64,000 bases of DNA, taken from NCBI GenBank assembly GCA_964016885.1, contig OZ024740.1, forward strand, positions 412,362,001-412,426,000. The letters are read 5' to 3'. Source of the DNA: Eledone cirrhosa. Its lineage: Eukaryota. The notes beneath the pieces are model-generated. The model searched no databases. It was given only the letters and a program-made list of their open reading frames with translations, and had not been told where the DNA came from. The position numbers were made by a program, and so were the translations under genes. Shown piece after piece: positions 25,038 to 39,575 of the stretch (the first letter of the stretch is position 1; each line of letters starts with the position of its first letter).

Positions 25038-28000
25038 GCATAACAACTGGAACGAGATTGGTCTATTTAAATTAGAAGAACAAAAATTGGCCGGGCAGGC
25101 TCGGGTAATAAGAACTAATTGGTGGATAAGCGAGCTGGAACTGGAGGGACTCAGCAGAGAGATTGGATTGGAAATGGAGAGTGGAGTATGCCAGGAAAAC
25201 GAGCCAGATGGAGATGAAGGTGAAGAGGTTGAGAGAGAGGAGGAAGCTTCCGAAGCAGATAATGATCTGAATGCTGAAATTGTTTCTACTTTAGCCACAA
25301 GGCCAGCAATTACCCAGTGCATTACTGGTACTTTATTTTATCGACCCCGTAAGGATGAAAGGCAAAGTCATCCTCGGCGGGATTTGAACTCAGATCGTAA
25401 AGGGACGTAACTATGCTGGAAAACATGGCGTCCGACCCTCTACTGATACTGCTAATCCACCGCCCTTGAAATAAATAATACCTGGAACAAAGATACGGCA
25501 ATTGAGGAGATGAATGCTGACGGGCTAGGACAAGATTTGGTTGATATCCTAAACTTAGTGGTAGATGAAATGAACAATGATAGTGGGAAACCTATGAACC
25601 TAAGATTTGTAGACAGGAAAAAGTTAAAAGAAACAACAGCTAAGGTAAACAAAGTCATCCCATACCTTGAGGCGAGGAGCCTTCACCAGTGCAACAATAT
25701 CCTCAAAGCAACAGCAAATGCGGTGAGAGAATAACTTTGCATAAAATCGAGAGGAAACAACAAACAAGAAAGATCAGAGCCTTGGTGGAAGAAACGACTG
25801 AATGGTTCAATCAGGGAAATGAGAAATGACATTGAAAAGCTTGAGTCACTACTGAATGGGACACTAAAAACATAGACACTAAAAATAGATTAGAAATAAA
25901 GTACAAAACTAGGAGAAAAAAACTAAATATTATCATAGAGGAACTGATGCAACACATTGTAGCAAAGAGTGCAAAAATTAGGCGATACGAGTGCAGAGTC
26001 AGTCAGTATAGACAGAACCGCATGTTTGACAACAACCAGAAGATGTTGTTTTGACAGCTTGAAGGGAAAGAAAGAGGCAACGACTTGATCCCTGAGGTGG
26101 AACAAACTAAGACATTCTGGAGAGGAATATGGGAGCAGGATGTTAAACATAATGACCAGGCAGTGTGGATTGAGACAGTACAATATCAGTGAACAAGCAC
26201 ACCAACAAACTGATTTGAGTATCACAGTTGAAACTCTTAAGGGGCAGGCCAAAAAACTAACCAACTGGAAATCATCAGGCTCAGATGGTGTGGAGGGGTA
26301 TTGGATTAAAAATATAACATCCCTCTACCCGAAACTGACAACAATGTTCAATGACTGCTTGATGTCAGGTGAGGTACCAGAGTGGTTGACAAAATGTACC
26401 AACTATAGACCTATCACATGTCTGTCCGTAATGTGGAAACTATTGACAAGCATTGTGTCTGAGGAAATCTACCATCACCTCCACACAAACAACTTGTTAC
26501 CGGACGAACAGAAAGGATGCTGAAAGAAGTCCCGTGGTACAAAGCACCAGTTACTTATTGATAAGATGGTAATGAGGAATTGCAAGAGGAGACACACTGG
26601 TCTTGCCATGGGATGGATAGACTACAAAAAGGCATTTGACATGGTGCCTCATTCTTGGATCACCAAAAGCCTAGAGATCTTCAGGGTGGCAGATAACATC
26701 AGACAGTTGTTGAGAAAAAGTATGAAGTCCTGGAAAACAGAGTTAACATCAGCTGGAGAATCCTTGAGAGGCGTGAAGATCAAGAGAGGTATCTTCCAGG
26801 GAGATAGTCTCTCCCCTCTGTTGTTTGTCCTTGCCCTGATGCCCCTGACCATTATACTGCGAAAGGTGAGAGCAGGATACAAGTTGGGAAAAGGAGAGCT
26901 TACCATCAACCACCTCCTCTTCATGGATGATCTTAAACTCTTTGGGAAGAGTGAGAAGGAGTTGGATGTACTTGTTGACACTGTCCGTATTTTCAGCAAT
27001 GATATATGTATGCAATTTGGTATTAGTAATTGTGGAGTCCTTGTGATGAAGAGGGGTAAATTGAGAAGCAACGGAATCCAGGTACCAACAGGTGAGATGA
27101 TAAAGGAAATTGACACTGAAGGGGAATTCAAATATTTAGTTGTTCTGGACGCAGATGACATCAAGAACAAAATAATGAAGGAATTGATAAGATCTGAATA
27201 CACAAGGAGAGAAAGGAACATAGTAAAATCACATCGAAATAGTAGACATGCCATAAGTGCAGTAAATTCCCGAGCTGTGTCTATTATTAGGTACAGTGCG
27301 GGAATTCAGAAATGGAATGTTGCTGAACAAATAGGAAGCTATTGACTATCTTCAACATGTTCCACAAGAGGAATGATGTCGATAAACTCTACTTAAGGAG
27401 ATCTGAAGATGGAAGAGATCTTATCAGCATAGAGGACTGTGTTCCCATGTAGAAAAAACCCTGCACAAATACGTGACCGACAGTAGGGAGCCAATGCTCA
27501 GAATTGTACTGAAGGAGAGAACAATAGACCAGGGCATGTCCAAGAAGGAAATAACAAGGAGGAAGACAAACCTTCATGAAAAATCCCTTCATAGTACCTT
27601 CTTTGAGAAAACTGAATTTAGAGATCCACAGACATGGAACTGGTTGAAAAGAGGAGACCTTAAAAAGGCTACAGAAGGAATGATAATGGCTGCGCAAGAG
27701 CAGGCCCTCAAAACGAAGTGGCTGAAACACCATATTTACAAGGAGTAGGCTAGCCCACTGTGTAGGATCTGTGGAGAGAAAGAGGAGACTGTGGCTCACA
27801 TTGTATCCGAGTGTAAACACCTAGCCCAGACTCACTATAAAGGCTGCAGACATGATGTGATGGGCAGGGTGATCCACTCGCACCTATGCAAAGTAAACAA
27901 TTTACTACATTCTGTGAAGTGGTATGAGCATAAGCTATAGTCGGAGATAGAAAACGATAAGGTGAAGGTGCTTTGTGATTTTAGGATACAGACGGACAAG

Positions 28001-28393
28001 AAACTGGAACACAATAGACCTGACCTGGTGGTTTTGGACAAGGAAAAAAGATTGTGCCTGATTGTAGATGTAGCCTGCCCATTTGACACGAGAGTGCAAG
28101 AAAAGGAGAGGGAGAAAATTAACCGATACCAGGACTTAAAGTGGGAGGTAAAAAGGATTTGGAACTGCCATGAAGTCTGAGACGTCCTGATTGTCATAGG
28201 CGCACTAGGTACTATCTCAAAGAGTTTCCAAGGATGGGTAATGAAGATCTGGAACACTTCAAAAGGCATGCTTGCTGGGAACAACAAGAACTCTCCCATA
28301 GGTCCTGAATATCTGAGGCTGCATGTAGCGGCTTGATATTCATTTCAACAAACTTTCCAGTTAAATAACATCAATGACTGAGACTCAAAGAAC
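25038..28393 (+). mobile_element. 5'-truncated R4/Dong-like LINE, family B
   Basis: N-terminal WNEIGLFKLEEQKLAGQARVIR; [33 protein letters not shown]; CRICGEKEETVAHIVSEC; RPDLVVLD..LIVDVACP..EKINRY. Flanked by (AAT)n at 25017-25037 and 28394-28420. Confidence 0.92.
25281..25465 (-). mobile_element. tRNA-derived SINE, copy 4, inserted in R4-like family B
   Basis: Full head to tail; tail GGCCTTGTGGCTAAAGTAGAAACA; short TSD TGAAAT. Confidence 0.9.
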
Positions 28394-28420
28394 AATAATA
28401 ATAATAATAATAATAATAAT

Positions 28421-30834
28421 GCTTTCTTTATTAACCACAAGGGTTTACACAAAGTAAGACATTAAGGACAATGCATGACAATATAGGACGGTACAAATGA
28501 GCATTTCTGCGTGTAAAAAAAAGAAAAAATGAAAAAATGCCCCAATAAGGGGGAGATTTCCGAAGGCCATCGTGGAGAAAGCTCATTAAAAAAAGCCACG
28601 GTGACCCTGACCACCAGGGCAAGTGCCCTCTCCCAGTTTTCCCCCTTCAATTTACAGGCACGTACTCACCCATCTTTCAACAAAATGCTGGGAACAGAGC
28701 ACTTCCCTCTCTACCCTGATTTACCTTTTCAAATGAAATTTGAAAAAGTTAATCAGGGATTTGCCGAAGAGGAAAGTGTCCGTCTTCAACCCTTCAACCT
28801 TGTCCACCATACTATCTCTTTCACCATGGCCACCAGGCAGATGAAAACTGCCTGCCCTTCCTCTTCTTTAAAGGAGGATAGCGGGGCTATCTGCACAATG
28901 GACTCAGTCGATAACCGGATCCGTCATACACGCGACAGCAGCTGTTCGACATAGCTCCACAAGTCAGCAATGCTGGGGAACTGAACTAGTGCTGCAGGAC
29001 GGTTTCGTCGCCCTGCGCGCATCTCGGACAGGCTCGGCTGACAGCATCACCGTGCCTGTAGAGCTTATCCCGAACCGGCAACGCTCCCTGGTAGAACTGC
29101 CACGCCAGGGATTTCTGGAAGTTGTCCGTAGGCCCCAGTCTGAAAGTTCTCTTGAATAGAACGAACAGCTGCTCGTCTTCGACGTCCAGGGTTTCCCCGT
29201 GAACGTTGTCGATCTTTCCCTCCATAGAACGCCGCGGTGGATGTTCTACCGATACTAGTGCCCAGCTGGTAGAGGGAGGTGGGCACTTGGAGACATTCCA
29301 GTTTCCAAGCGCTATCCATCGGTCGTTTCCTGATCCAGGACTGCAGCTCCGTCAAGGAGACGAACTGGGAACCACACCTGTTCACCGTCAAGGAAGCACC
29401 AGAGATGTCTCAGTCTCAGCGCATATTTGCGCATCAGCCACAGCCTGCCTAGTCCTGCACGCAACGGGTGTTGACAGCAAATGGATCGTCTGACCATGGG
29501 AGCACGTCGTTTCTACAAAAAGCGGAATTGAAGGCGCTCCATTTTGGTCAGAGCTAGGCGGGGGCAAGGCACGATGGTCAGACGGTAGCAGATGACGCAC
29601 GCTATGTACGCATTCGCCACCTCTGCCCGACCTTTCAGAGACAGCCTCCTCTCGGCCCATTTCTGGGTGAGACAGGACACCCTGCTCGTCACCTCGCTCC
29701 AGTTTTTCTCCATCTGGATGTCCGGACCGAACCAGACCCCGAGCAATGTAACCGGTCCTTCCGCACAGCTGTCGGACGACACTGTCTTGCCTCTCCAGGT
29801 TCCGAGTTGCAAGCCTACCTACTTTTCCTGGTTTATCTTTGCTCCTGTCACCGCTTCATATTGATAGCGCTGCCGAGTATCTAGACGTGTTTCGTGCTCG
29901 ACAACACCACGGTGACGTCGTTGGCGTAAGCCGACACAGATCTTCCGCATCCCATTCGCGAGGTACTCCCCTCATTGTCTCCAATTTGTGCAGTAATTTA
30001 TCGAGGGCCAGTACGTACAAGAGGGACGAGAGTAGACAACCTTGGCGGACCAAGCGTATGATGCTGAACGGCTGCGACAGGTGATCATTCACCCTCACAG
30101 TCGATCAGACATCGCTGTGCATCGCAGCGATCCAGCCTCTAAATCGGGCCCGAAGCCGCCACCTCGTGGACCGCACCCAGGTACCGATGGTCCGCCCTAT
30201 CAAATGCTTTAGATTGATCCGAGTTGATCAGGGCCCAACCGTGCCAGGTTCCTTAACCAACCTCACTATGATGTATCGCATGGTATGGAGGTTGTCGTGG
30301 ATCTATCTGTCCGGAATAGCGCATGCCTTCGCCTCTTCCACCAGATCACCGACGACAAGCGCCAATCTCTTTGCTAACTCCTTGACCTTTGCTAACTCTC
30401 TGTTTAGCAGAGTTAGGGTCTGAAGTTGTCTACAACGTCCACTTTGTTCGGGTGTTTTCTCAGCAGCGCCACCGCTCCCCGGCTCACAAAACAGGGAATG
30501 CTCCCGCTCTGCTGCCAGTTGCAGTCGACATCTGTCAAGAGGTCGCCGAACAAGTCTGGCATGTACGCATAAAGCTCGTAGGGTAGACCATCCAAAGATG
30601 GCGATTTACTCATCGTGCAGTTAGACATCGCTTCCCATATTTCACCTGCTGTTATCTGCCTTTCGCAGCCTTGCGCTGCAGTCGCAGAGAGCCGCGGCAG
30701 TCTGTCGAATTATGCACCAACGTCCATACTGCGATCCTGTCCGTCACCGCCCCCGAACAATCGAGCAAAGTGCTGTTGAAAAGCCGCACACATCTGTTCG
30801 AGTCCGAGCAATATGCGCCCGTTTTGATCAGGCT
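28421..30834 (-). mobile_element. 5'-truncated Tx1 LINE, copy T3
   Basis: SPSLDGLPYE, VRQGC, GVWFGPD, CPRCAQGDETVL; 3' end ACCCTTGTGGTTAATAAAGAAAGC(ATT)n. Confidence 0.92.
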
Positions 30835-30837
30835 AAT

Positions 30838-32965
30838 ATGTTTTCTTTATTAAATACAAGGGTTTAAATAAAGTATAACATTAAGGACAGCACGGTACAG
30901 TATGGTAAAAATAGACATTTCTGCGTGTAAAAAACAAAAAGAATAGTATTTGTTTAACAAAAAAGGAATGTAACAAAAAAAGAAAAATTCCCAATAGGGA
31001 GGGGGTACTTCCGAGGGTCATTTGTGGAGAAAGCCCACAAAAAAGCCACGGTCAGTCTGACAGCTAGAACAAGCGCCCTCTTCCAGTTTTGCTCCTAAGA
31101 TACAACAGGCACAAGCTCAGGGTATGCCCATTCCCACCTTTCAGCAAACTGGCTCTCCACCCTGATTTTTTTTTTCAGGTGAAACCTGCAAATGTTAATG
31201 AGGGCGTCACCGAAGAGGAATGTGCCCGTCTTCAACCTCTTCAAATGCGTCCAGCATACGACATCTTTTACCATAGTCACCAGACAGATAAAATCTGCCT
31301 ACCTGTTCTGGTTAAAGGAGAGCGGTGGTGCAATCTTCACGATGGACTCAGCTGATAGCCTGATCCGTCCTACACGCGACAGCAGATGTTCGACATAACC
31401 CCACAAATCAGCGATGTTCTGACACTGCACGAGTGCGTGTAGGATGGTTTCGTTGCCCTACGCGCATCTCGGACAGGCCCGGCTGACGGCACTTCCATTC
31501 CTGTAGAGTTTAACCCAAATTGGCAAAGCTCCCCGGTAGCACTGCCAGGCCAGGGATTTCTGAAGGTTCACTCGAAGAGATTGGCTAGTTGATTTTTGTC
31601 GACGCCCAGATTCTCCCCAAGGACGTCTTCGTTCTTTCCCTCGACTAACCCTCTATAGAACGCGAATGTTGAGTCTCCACCGATCGCATCGCCCGGCCTG
31701 TCGAGGACTGTGAGCGCCTGAATACATTCCTGTCTGCAAGCGCACCTTCTCGGTTTTCACTTGACCCAGGACTGCTTCTCTATGAAGGAGACAAGCTGGG
31801 GAAATACGTGTCTAGCAAACGGCGACCATACCTGATCACCGTTGAGGAAGAAGTGGTAATGCCGTAGCCTGAGCACATGTCTGCGTATCATCAACCACGG
31901 TTTACCCAGCCCTCCACGTAGCGGGTGTTTACAGCAGATAGACCCCCTGACCCTCGGAATGCGTCCCTTCCACATGTGAAGGAGCAAACGCTCCAGCGCA
32001 GTCAGGCGAGGCTTAGGACAAGACACGGCAGTCAGGTAGTAGTAGATGACGGACGCGATGTAGGCGTTCGCCACCGCTGCTCGACCTGTCAGGGATAGCT
32101 TCCTCTCGGCCCATTTATGGGTGAGAGAGGCCAGCCTGCACGTCACGTCGTCCTAGTTTTTGTCCGCCTGGTGGTCCAGACCGAACGAGACCCCTAGCAA
32201 TATTACCGGACAGTCCGGCTAGCGCCCGACCAACATTTCCTGGTCGATCATTGCTAATGACACCGCCTAGTATTCTCTTAGTGTAGTGTCAATCGCCTCA
32301 ACGTTCGGCACCACTATGGCTATGTCGTCAGCATACGATGACAGGATTCTCCCGCATCCCAGTTCGCACGTGACGCTCCTAAACGTCTCCAGTTTGTGTA
32401 GTAATGGCTCGAGTGTCAATACGTACAACAGGGATGAGAGGGGAGATCCTTGGCGGACCTAACGCATGATGTCGAACGGTTCTGAAAGGTGACCGTTCAA
32501 TCTCACCACAGAGCAGATGTCGCTGCGCAGGGCAGCGATCCTGCCTCTGAAGTCGGGCCCAAAACCGGCCACCCTCAGGACCGCCACCAAATAACGATGG
32601 TCGACCTTATCGAAAGCTTTCGCTCGATTTAAATTCATCAAGGACCCACATCTGCCAGGTTCCCTGGCTACTCTGTCCACGAAGTATTACATGAGGTGGA
32701 GGTTGTCGTGGATGGATCAGTCTGGAATGGTGCATGTATGCGCCTCTCCCACTAGACCACCGATACAAGCACTAACCTCTTTGCTAGCACCTTGGCCAAA
32801 ATCTTGATCTCTGTGTTTAGCAGAGTTATGGGCCTAAAATTATCTATGTTCGGGTCCTTTCTTAGCAGCGCTACTGTTCCTCGGCTAACAGAGCTGGCAA
32901 TCAATTCTCCCGTTCTGCTGCCAGTTGCAGTAGTCGTCCGCAAAGAGGTCGCCAAAGCTGGATAC
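30838..32965 (-). mobile_element. 5'-truncated Tx1 LINE, copy T4, head-to-tail with T3
   Basis: NFRPITLLN, KAFDKVDH, HPLRGGLG; 3' end ACCCTTGTATTTAATAAAGAAAAC. Confidence 0.9.
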
Positions 32966-34264
32966 GAAAACATCTTTACTTACTTACTTTAATGCCTATA
33001 GTACAGTTTCATTGAGAAAAATAACAATACTCCGAGTATCATGAGAAATCTCAATCATCAGGAGACTTTTCTCAGTCAAGATATTGAATTGAACATGAAA
33101 AATTCTTCCTTTTCGGTATTAGTGAACATTTCAAATGGAAAAATTATCACGTGATTGGCTATCAACAGGAGGGTAGTAAAGTGGACATTGGCAGTTAGTG
33201 TGCTGCTAAAAAAATCAGTTCGATTCGGCCAAACTTTGACTCTACCTTGGGGGAGTTTATTACAAATTAAATGAACAAATATATATATCTTTACACAAGT
33301 GCCTTAATATGTATATATACTTGTGAAAAGATATATATGTATTTCTTCATTTAATTCTATGTATGGTTCTCCGCTCTCCGCGGGAAGTTCTCGATATGAA
33401 TATCTGGTCCCTTTAGCTGAATCCATAAAGGAACTAGTGAATACATTCCGAATATGGAAATAGAAGGCCTGAGAGTAAACGTGGTCAGGACTAAAGGGCT
33501 AGTGAGTAGCAACGAAGATGGGGTCCTAGTTTCCTCAAGAAGGTAACGCTCTCGATATGTAGAGAAGGAATAAACATAAACTCTATACGAGATGTATAAT
33601 GCAAATAGTAGATGCACATGATATGTAGTAGGATATATGTTAGTCATAGACGAAGGGAAACTTTGTTTGCAAGTAGGTGATGTGTGGAGATATGCTGTGA
33701 TGAAGAGGAGCCGTCCAACCCATTCAAGTGTAGAAAAACTGACGCAAAATCGATGATGATACGAAATAATCATATCATCAATTTGAATATTTTAACATAT
33801 GTAAAAGCTGCCTAACATTTAAGAACTAGTACGACTGTGAATCATAAGATTTTAATACATCGATTGCATCAATTTCTACAAAGATTACACAATTATAATT
33901 AGTTTCATTTTGATTTTATATTCAATTTCCAAGTTCATATTTGAAATAATCTATAAATAAATGCATTAGTTAAGAACCAATTCAACTGTTTGTGCGTAGC
34001 TTACAGCTATCGCATTGAATATTGCTTGAATAATGTTCATTTTCACATGTCTAACTTCTTGTAAATCATTTATTTCTGCTACTTCTAGTCTTTCTCATTA
34101 GTTACTTAACTCCATTCATCACTTTCTTATCAATTTCATGATTATTTCCATATATTTATTTTGATGGGTTTATCTCAGAAATGTCCTTTCTTAGACTACA
34201 CGTTCCGACATGCATGTGACCAAATATTTACTCGTACACAACTACGTGTACACTCATAATCACT

Positions 34265-34400
<136 letters not shown>

Positions 34401-34404
34401 TAAG

Positions 34405-34701
34405 TTTATCCCGGGTTCAACCAGGGGTAACCACAGTAAGTAAGTTACACAATACAAAGCAGTGTATACATATTTAATATAAAAAAGCTTCTACAGGACT
34501 AGAACTGTTTCATTCAGGAGTTCCTTTTTCTTTAAACCCATCAACCATTGACTTCCACCCATCCAATCACCTCCCTCCCTCCCTCCCTCTCCTTCCACCA
34601 GGAAATATATAAATACCACCAACCATATTACTTGGACAGTCAGCTTCCTGGTGATTTCTCTTGAATGAAACAGTTCTAGTCCTGTAGAAGCTTTTCTATA
34701 T

Positions 34702-34710
<9 letters not shown>
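34405..34710. mobile_element. Small element with ~50 bp inverted repeats, TA-embedded, probably Penelope-derived; related pieces at 40110-40195 and 48015-48165
   Basis: AAGCTTCTACAGGACTAGAACTGTTTCATTCA (~34486) is inverted at ~34662-34693; CCGGGTTCAA.CA.GGGTAACCACAG is shared with 40116. Confidence 0.65.
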
Positions 34711-34734
<24 letters not shown>

Positions 34735-34736
<2 letters not shown>

Positions 34737-34914
34737 CAAAGGAATTGTGGTAAGGAACCAAATGGACCATAACGCACCTGAGTACTCAATACTTAGGGTA
34801 GTAGAGTGGGAAATAGGAAAAATTATGACCCCGACGACAGAGCTCAAGCCATTTCGACGGCTATTTCAGTCGAAACGGCTTGAGCTCTGCCGTCGGGGTC
34901 ATACTTTTTCCTAT
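34735..34914. mobile_element. Hairpin-ended element in (TA)n; second copy in opposite orientation at 45136-45330
   Basis: About 46 bp arms (ATAGGAAAA...TTTCGAC / GTCGAAA...TTCCTAT) plus a unique tail GGTAAGGAACC...GGGTAGTAGAGTGGG. Confidence 0.75.
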
Positions 34915-34926
34915 ATATATAAATAT

Positions 34927-35400
34927 ACTAGCAGAGGTACCCGGCGTTGCCGGATATTAAATAGCAGTTGTGTGTACCATTTATGTCAATACTTCAGTGC
35001 TGCTTCGAAAACTATACTTTTACAATATCATCGGCTTTTTCCAAAAGGGGGTTCCTGCTCCCTGGGTCCCCTACCCAATAAGTGCCAATTCTGAGAGTTC
35101 ACATTCATCTGTAGGACAAACGTAGCCCATGTGTTAAGTTTTGTGAAAATCGGTTGCGAACTCCAGAAGTTATGACGTTTTGTTGCATTGCACTGCAGTG
35201 CTTCAGTCGACTCCAAGGAAGTGGTTAAAGTGGTTAAAGGGGTTATCTGTCGGGGGGCCCTATAATCAATATCTGGAAAAATGACAGTGCCCATGACCAT
35301 CCGGAGTACATACGTAACCTATGACTTAAGTTTGGTGAAAATACTGTAGAAATGCATAAGGTCTATACATACGCGCGTGCGTTCGTGTGTGTGTGTGTGT
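34927..35400 (-). mobile_element. Helitron-like non-autonomous element (3' end at left)
   Basis: Reverse complement of ACTAGCAGAGGTACCCGGCGTTGCCGG gives a GC hairpin followed by CTAGT, the Helitron 3' signature. Right boundary uncertain. Confidence 0.45.
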
Positions 35401-36103
35401 GTGTATATATATTTGTGTGTGCGTATGTATGTGTATGTCCGTCGAGGCATACGTATGTACTGGCCTAAATCTTCACTATTTACTTTTACTATTTTAATAA
35501 CCTCTGTCATTTTCGTTTTCAATTTTATTTACATCATTCTTAAACTCCGGGGCTGGAAATCATTCTGTTATTTTAAATAAAATATTAGTCTAACGACTCC
35601 ATTTATACCATAAACTTGGTCTTGTCTTTGCATGAAATTGTTCTTCACGCTCCACATAACGACGTATTATCCTCACTTTTTTCCTGTTCATTTCCAGGGA
35701 ACGTCTTCACGAACCAAAATATCGCCTTCCTGTTTTCGTTCGGTTGCAACGTTTCTCGAAATAATTCCTTCTGCGTTCACAGATTACTCTCAGTTCAATT
35801 TGAATGGGAAATTCCTGTTTCATCGATTTTCTCCGTAACTATGGAAGATTGTAGCTTGAAAGTCGACCCAACGCCTCCTTGGATCATTCTGCATAATTGT
35901 GTAAATTTTCGCTGCATTCCACCAAGCCGTTTCGACATTTATCCGACTACACCTACATATACAACGTCCGACCACTTCTAATTGATATAGTACATTTGTT
36001 TATATATGAATGACAAAAAGAAAAGTACAAAACTATACATGAATTGTTTCTACTAAACCTTCAATTTAAGACATAACCTACATATGTGATAGGACTCCAG
36101 CTC

Positions 36104-36104
<1 letters not shown>

Positions 36105-36134
<30 letters not shown>

Positions 36135-36340
36135 CTTCTTCTTCTTCTTCTTCTTCTTCTTCTTCTTCTTTTTCTTCTTCTTCTTCTTCTTCTTCTTCTT
36201 CTTCTTCTTCTTCTTCTTCTTCTTCTTCTGCTCCCCCTGGAACATTGGGCTGCGAGCCACCGCCACACAACGCCATGTTCTGAGTCTGCTTTTCAACTCC
36301 ACCGTGATGTACGGTGCGTCATGGTGTATCTAACCATTCT
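36105..36340 (-). mobile_element. (GAA)n tail with a short possible RTE-like LINE 3' end
   Basis: (TTC)n at 36105-36229 adjoins a GC-richer stretch that on minus resembles an RTE 3' terminus; short and weak. Confidence 0.35.
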
Positions 36341-37469
36341 TTTAGGTCTTACTACGGCTGATTTCTTCCAGAGAGAAAGAAAGAGATGGAAAAATGCAGT
36401 CCTTTAGGATAAGTAATATGAATATATTTTAAAATAGTTTTTCCTTTCTTGTTAACGAAACTTAAATACATTATATTATATTCATCAAATTATCTTCTTA
36501 CTGCACATAAGAAATATAACGCATCTTTACAACATACGGATAATCTGCTTTTTTGCTAGAATCAATAAATTGTCATAAATATTTACATTATTATTCAGTC
36601 AATTATTTAAGTACTTATTTTAGCTTTTTCTATTATTTTCCTTATTTCTTATAGCTATTCATTTTTCTATTCTTTCATACAAAATTATTTGAACAATGTC
36701 ACTAAAATATGGTTCAACTTATATCTATTGATAATATTTTTGTTTCGATCTTCTTTTTCCGTTTGTAACTGTAATATAATTCCATACAGATAAACATATT
36801 CTATGAAGAAATTCCTTTTTTAGTGCCCGAAGGTGTTTTACTCAGCGCATAATGTACTTTAAATAGGTTTTGTAAGTAATATAGTCTCGACTAGCAGCAA
36901 GCAATTTTTTTGTTCCATGACACTCCTTTCGATGTATTCATAATTATACCTTTGAGAATATATTCGTTAAGCAACACTACAGAATTGGCACAGCTTGCAG
37001 GAATGAAAGCATCGAACATATATGAAAACGTCCTGATAAAAGTTAATTACAGCTTCTTTGTAAGAATATTGTTCTGAATAATTTTATCATATACATTTTT
37101 TATATCTTGTATGCATGTCTGTATGTATAACATGACTATATTTTGTGTTTGTCAAATTTGTGAATAAAGCGATTATATATATATATTTTTTTTTTGCCTG
37201 ATTTATTGCATTTCGTTGCTTACATTGTACATAATATATAAACTATGTAGATGTGATGCTTGTGGCATTAGTTATAGACTAACAATAAATGGACAGACAA
37301 TAAATGGACTGTAGTATTTTAATGTAATACACAACTACACAACTGGTATTATACTCTGGAGAATAAGATTAATCTAATATAAAACCTATATAATTTCCTG
37401 CACGGCCACAGCTTTCTACATAAGATCAATAAAATATTTTTCACGCCCGGATACGTAGACGTATGCGCC

Positions 37470-37992
<523 letters not shown>

Positions 37993-38109
37993 ATTGTAAT
38001 TTTTCAAGCCTCTACAGAGCAGATGGATAAATCTCCAGGTAACAACATCAGTGGCTGTAGGTAGAATGGGAATAAAGGAGAAAGGAAATGTAAAGAGAAA
38101 ATAAAACCT

Positions 38110-39575
38110 AGAAATGAAGTTACCTTGGAATAGATTTATTGGTCCGTATATTTGGATTTCACATCCATCGTCAGTGTTGTACGAAGGAACTTCAGAAGTT
38201 TGTCTGAAAACATCCATGTGGCCGTTTGTTGCTAGTGTCAGTCTGATTGAAATACGCCAACGTATATACCCTATCATGCGCGTGCGCACGAAATCAGCAT
38301 GCTCATTCAGAGGTCATTAAATTTTGTGTGATTTGACTAGCCATCACGGAAAAGGGAGATGTCAACTTTGATGTCTACAGCAAGGCAGCTGCAGGGACAT
38401 TTTCGTACACTTCAAGTATGTCCTTTCTAACAGAGCTAAGAGAGGATACATCACAAAAGAGGTTACGTCGGTAAAACATAGATACAGTGATCCCGTAAAT
38501 TGCGTCAACCACACCAGCAGTTCAAGAGGGTTTTGGAAGCCAACAGCTGTCTAGCATCATCCACGAAAGGAATAAGGACCTCCAGACAAAGGTGGTGGGG
38601 AAACCTGAGTGACAAGTGTTTCCTCAATGTACCGCACCTGGGCGAAAGAACGCCCCCAGCGTTATCCACAAGGGCAGGTCTCGATATACAATTGACCTCA
38701 ACGGGTCCATCTTTAAGGATATGCCTCTCAAAGAAGCAACATAACGTGGATAATACGTGCTCCCTCAGTAATTTCCCGATACGCCACACAGATTGTTGCT
38801 TGCACATATATGGGGTGTATGAAATCTAATGTGACATGTACAAGGATTGTTACATCGGCAGCTTCATTCGACCGTTGCACATACGAATGAAGGGTCACAT
38901 CATCATTAGAACCTCGTCTTTTCGGAAACATGTCACGAAATGTGGACATAGGGAGACAAGACTCATCGTCACAGCGCAAACAAGAGAACGCACCATTGGA
39001 ACTCACACGAACAAAAAAGGTCTTTGGATCAAGTGACTAGGACCACCAATCAACGACAGTTACGAAAGAAGCGAAACGCGGTGGCTTGTCTAACCCCAAA
39101 TTACGATACCTAAACAAACACCATATCAGACGAGAGAATTGGGGCTATTGTATATTTCAACCACCTGCTGGCATATAAACAAACAAACAGACGGACAGGC
39201 TCTGCCTGCTGCTATGCTATACCCACCACCAGTTGTTTGCCCACCTGCCTACCACATCAATCAGAGCTAGTACGAGAATGGAAGGAGACAACAATTGTCA
39301 CATGTGTGGGCGCGGTCTGCCATATCACATCCATCCCACGCCCTAGTGACTACTACTAATCTTTATCTCTGACTAATAGTGCCAGTCTCGCTTGAGTGCT
39401 CTTCGGAGGAATGTACGTTAGCGTACTTCAATCAGTGTGACACCAACACTAGAAACAAATGGCCACATAGTTTGTTTTCCAATAAACTTCCGAAGTTCCT
39501 TTGGACAACCCTGGCGATTGTTGTGAAACGTAAAATATAGGTTACCAATAAAACTATTTCAAGTTAAATTCCTGT
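38110..39575 (+). mobile_element. 5'-truncated Penelope-like element (RT C-terminus + GIY-YIG) with inverted pseudo-LTR
   Basis: Plus translation FDVYSK..DIFVHFK, then TCSLSNFPIRHTDCC..GVYEI*CDMYKDCYIGSFIRPLHIRMKGH (GIY-YIG). 38110-38275 is an imperfect inverted copy of 39413-39570, which includes a CTGACGA..GAAA hammerhead relic. Confidence 0.8.

Noticed and set aside
34642-34692. Functional hammerhead (AGCTTC-CTGGTGA..GAAA..GTC..GAAGCT)
   Set aside because: The core reads CTGGTGA and five extra bases separate the cleavage triplet from stem I; at best a relic.
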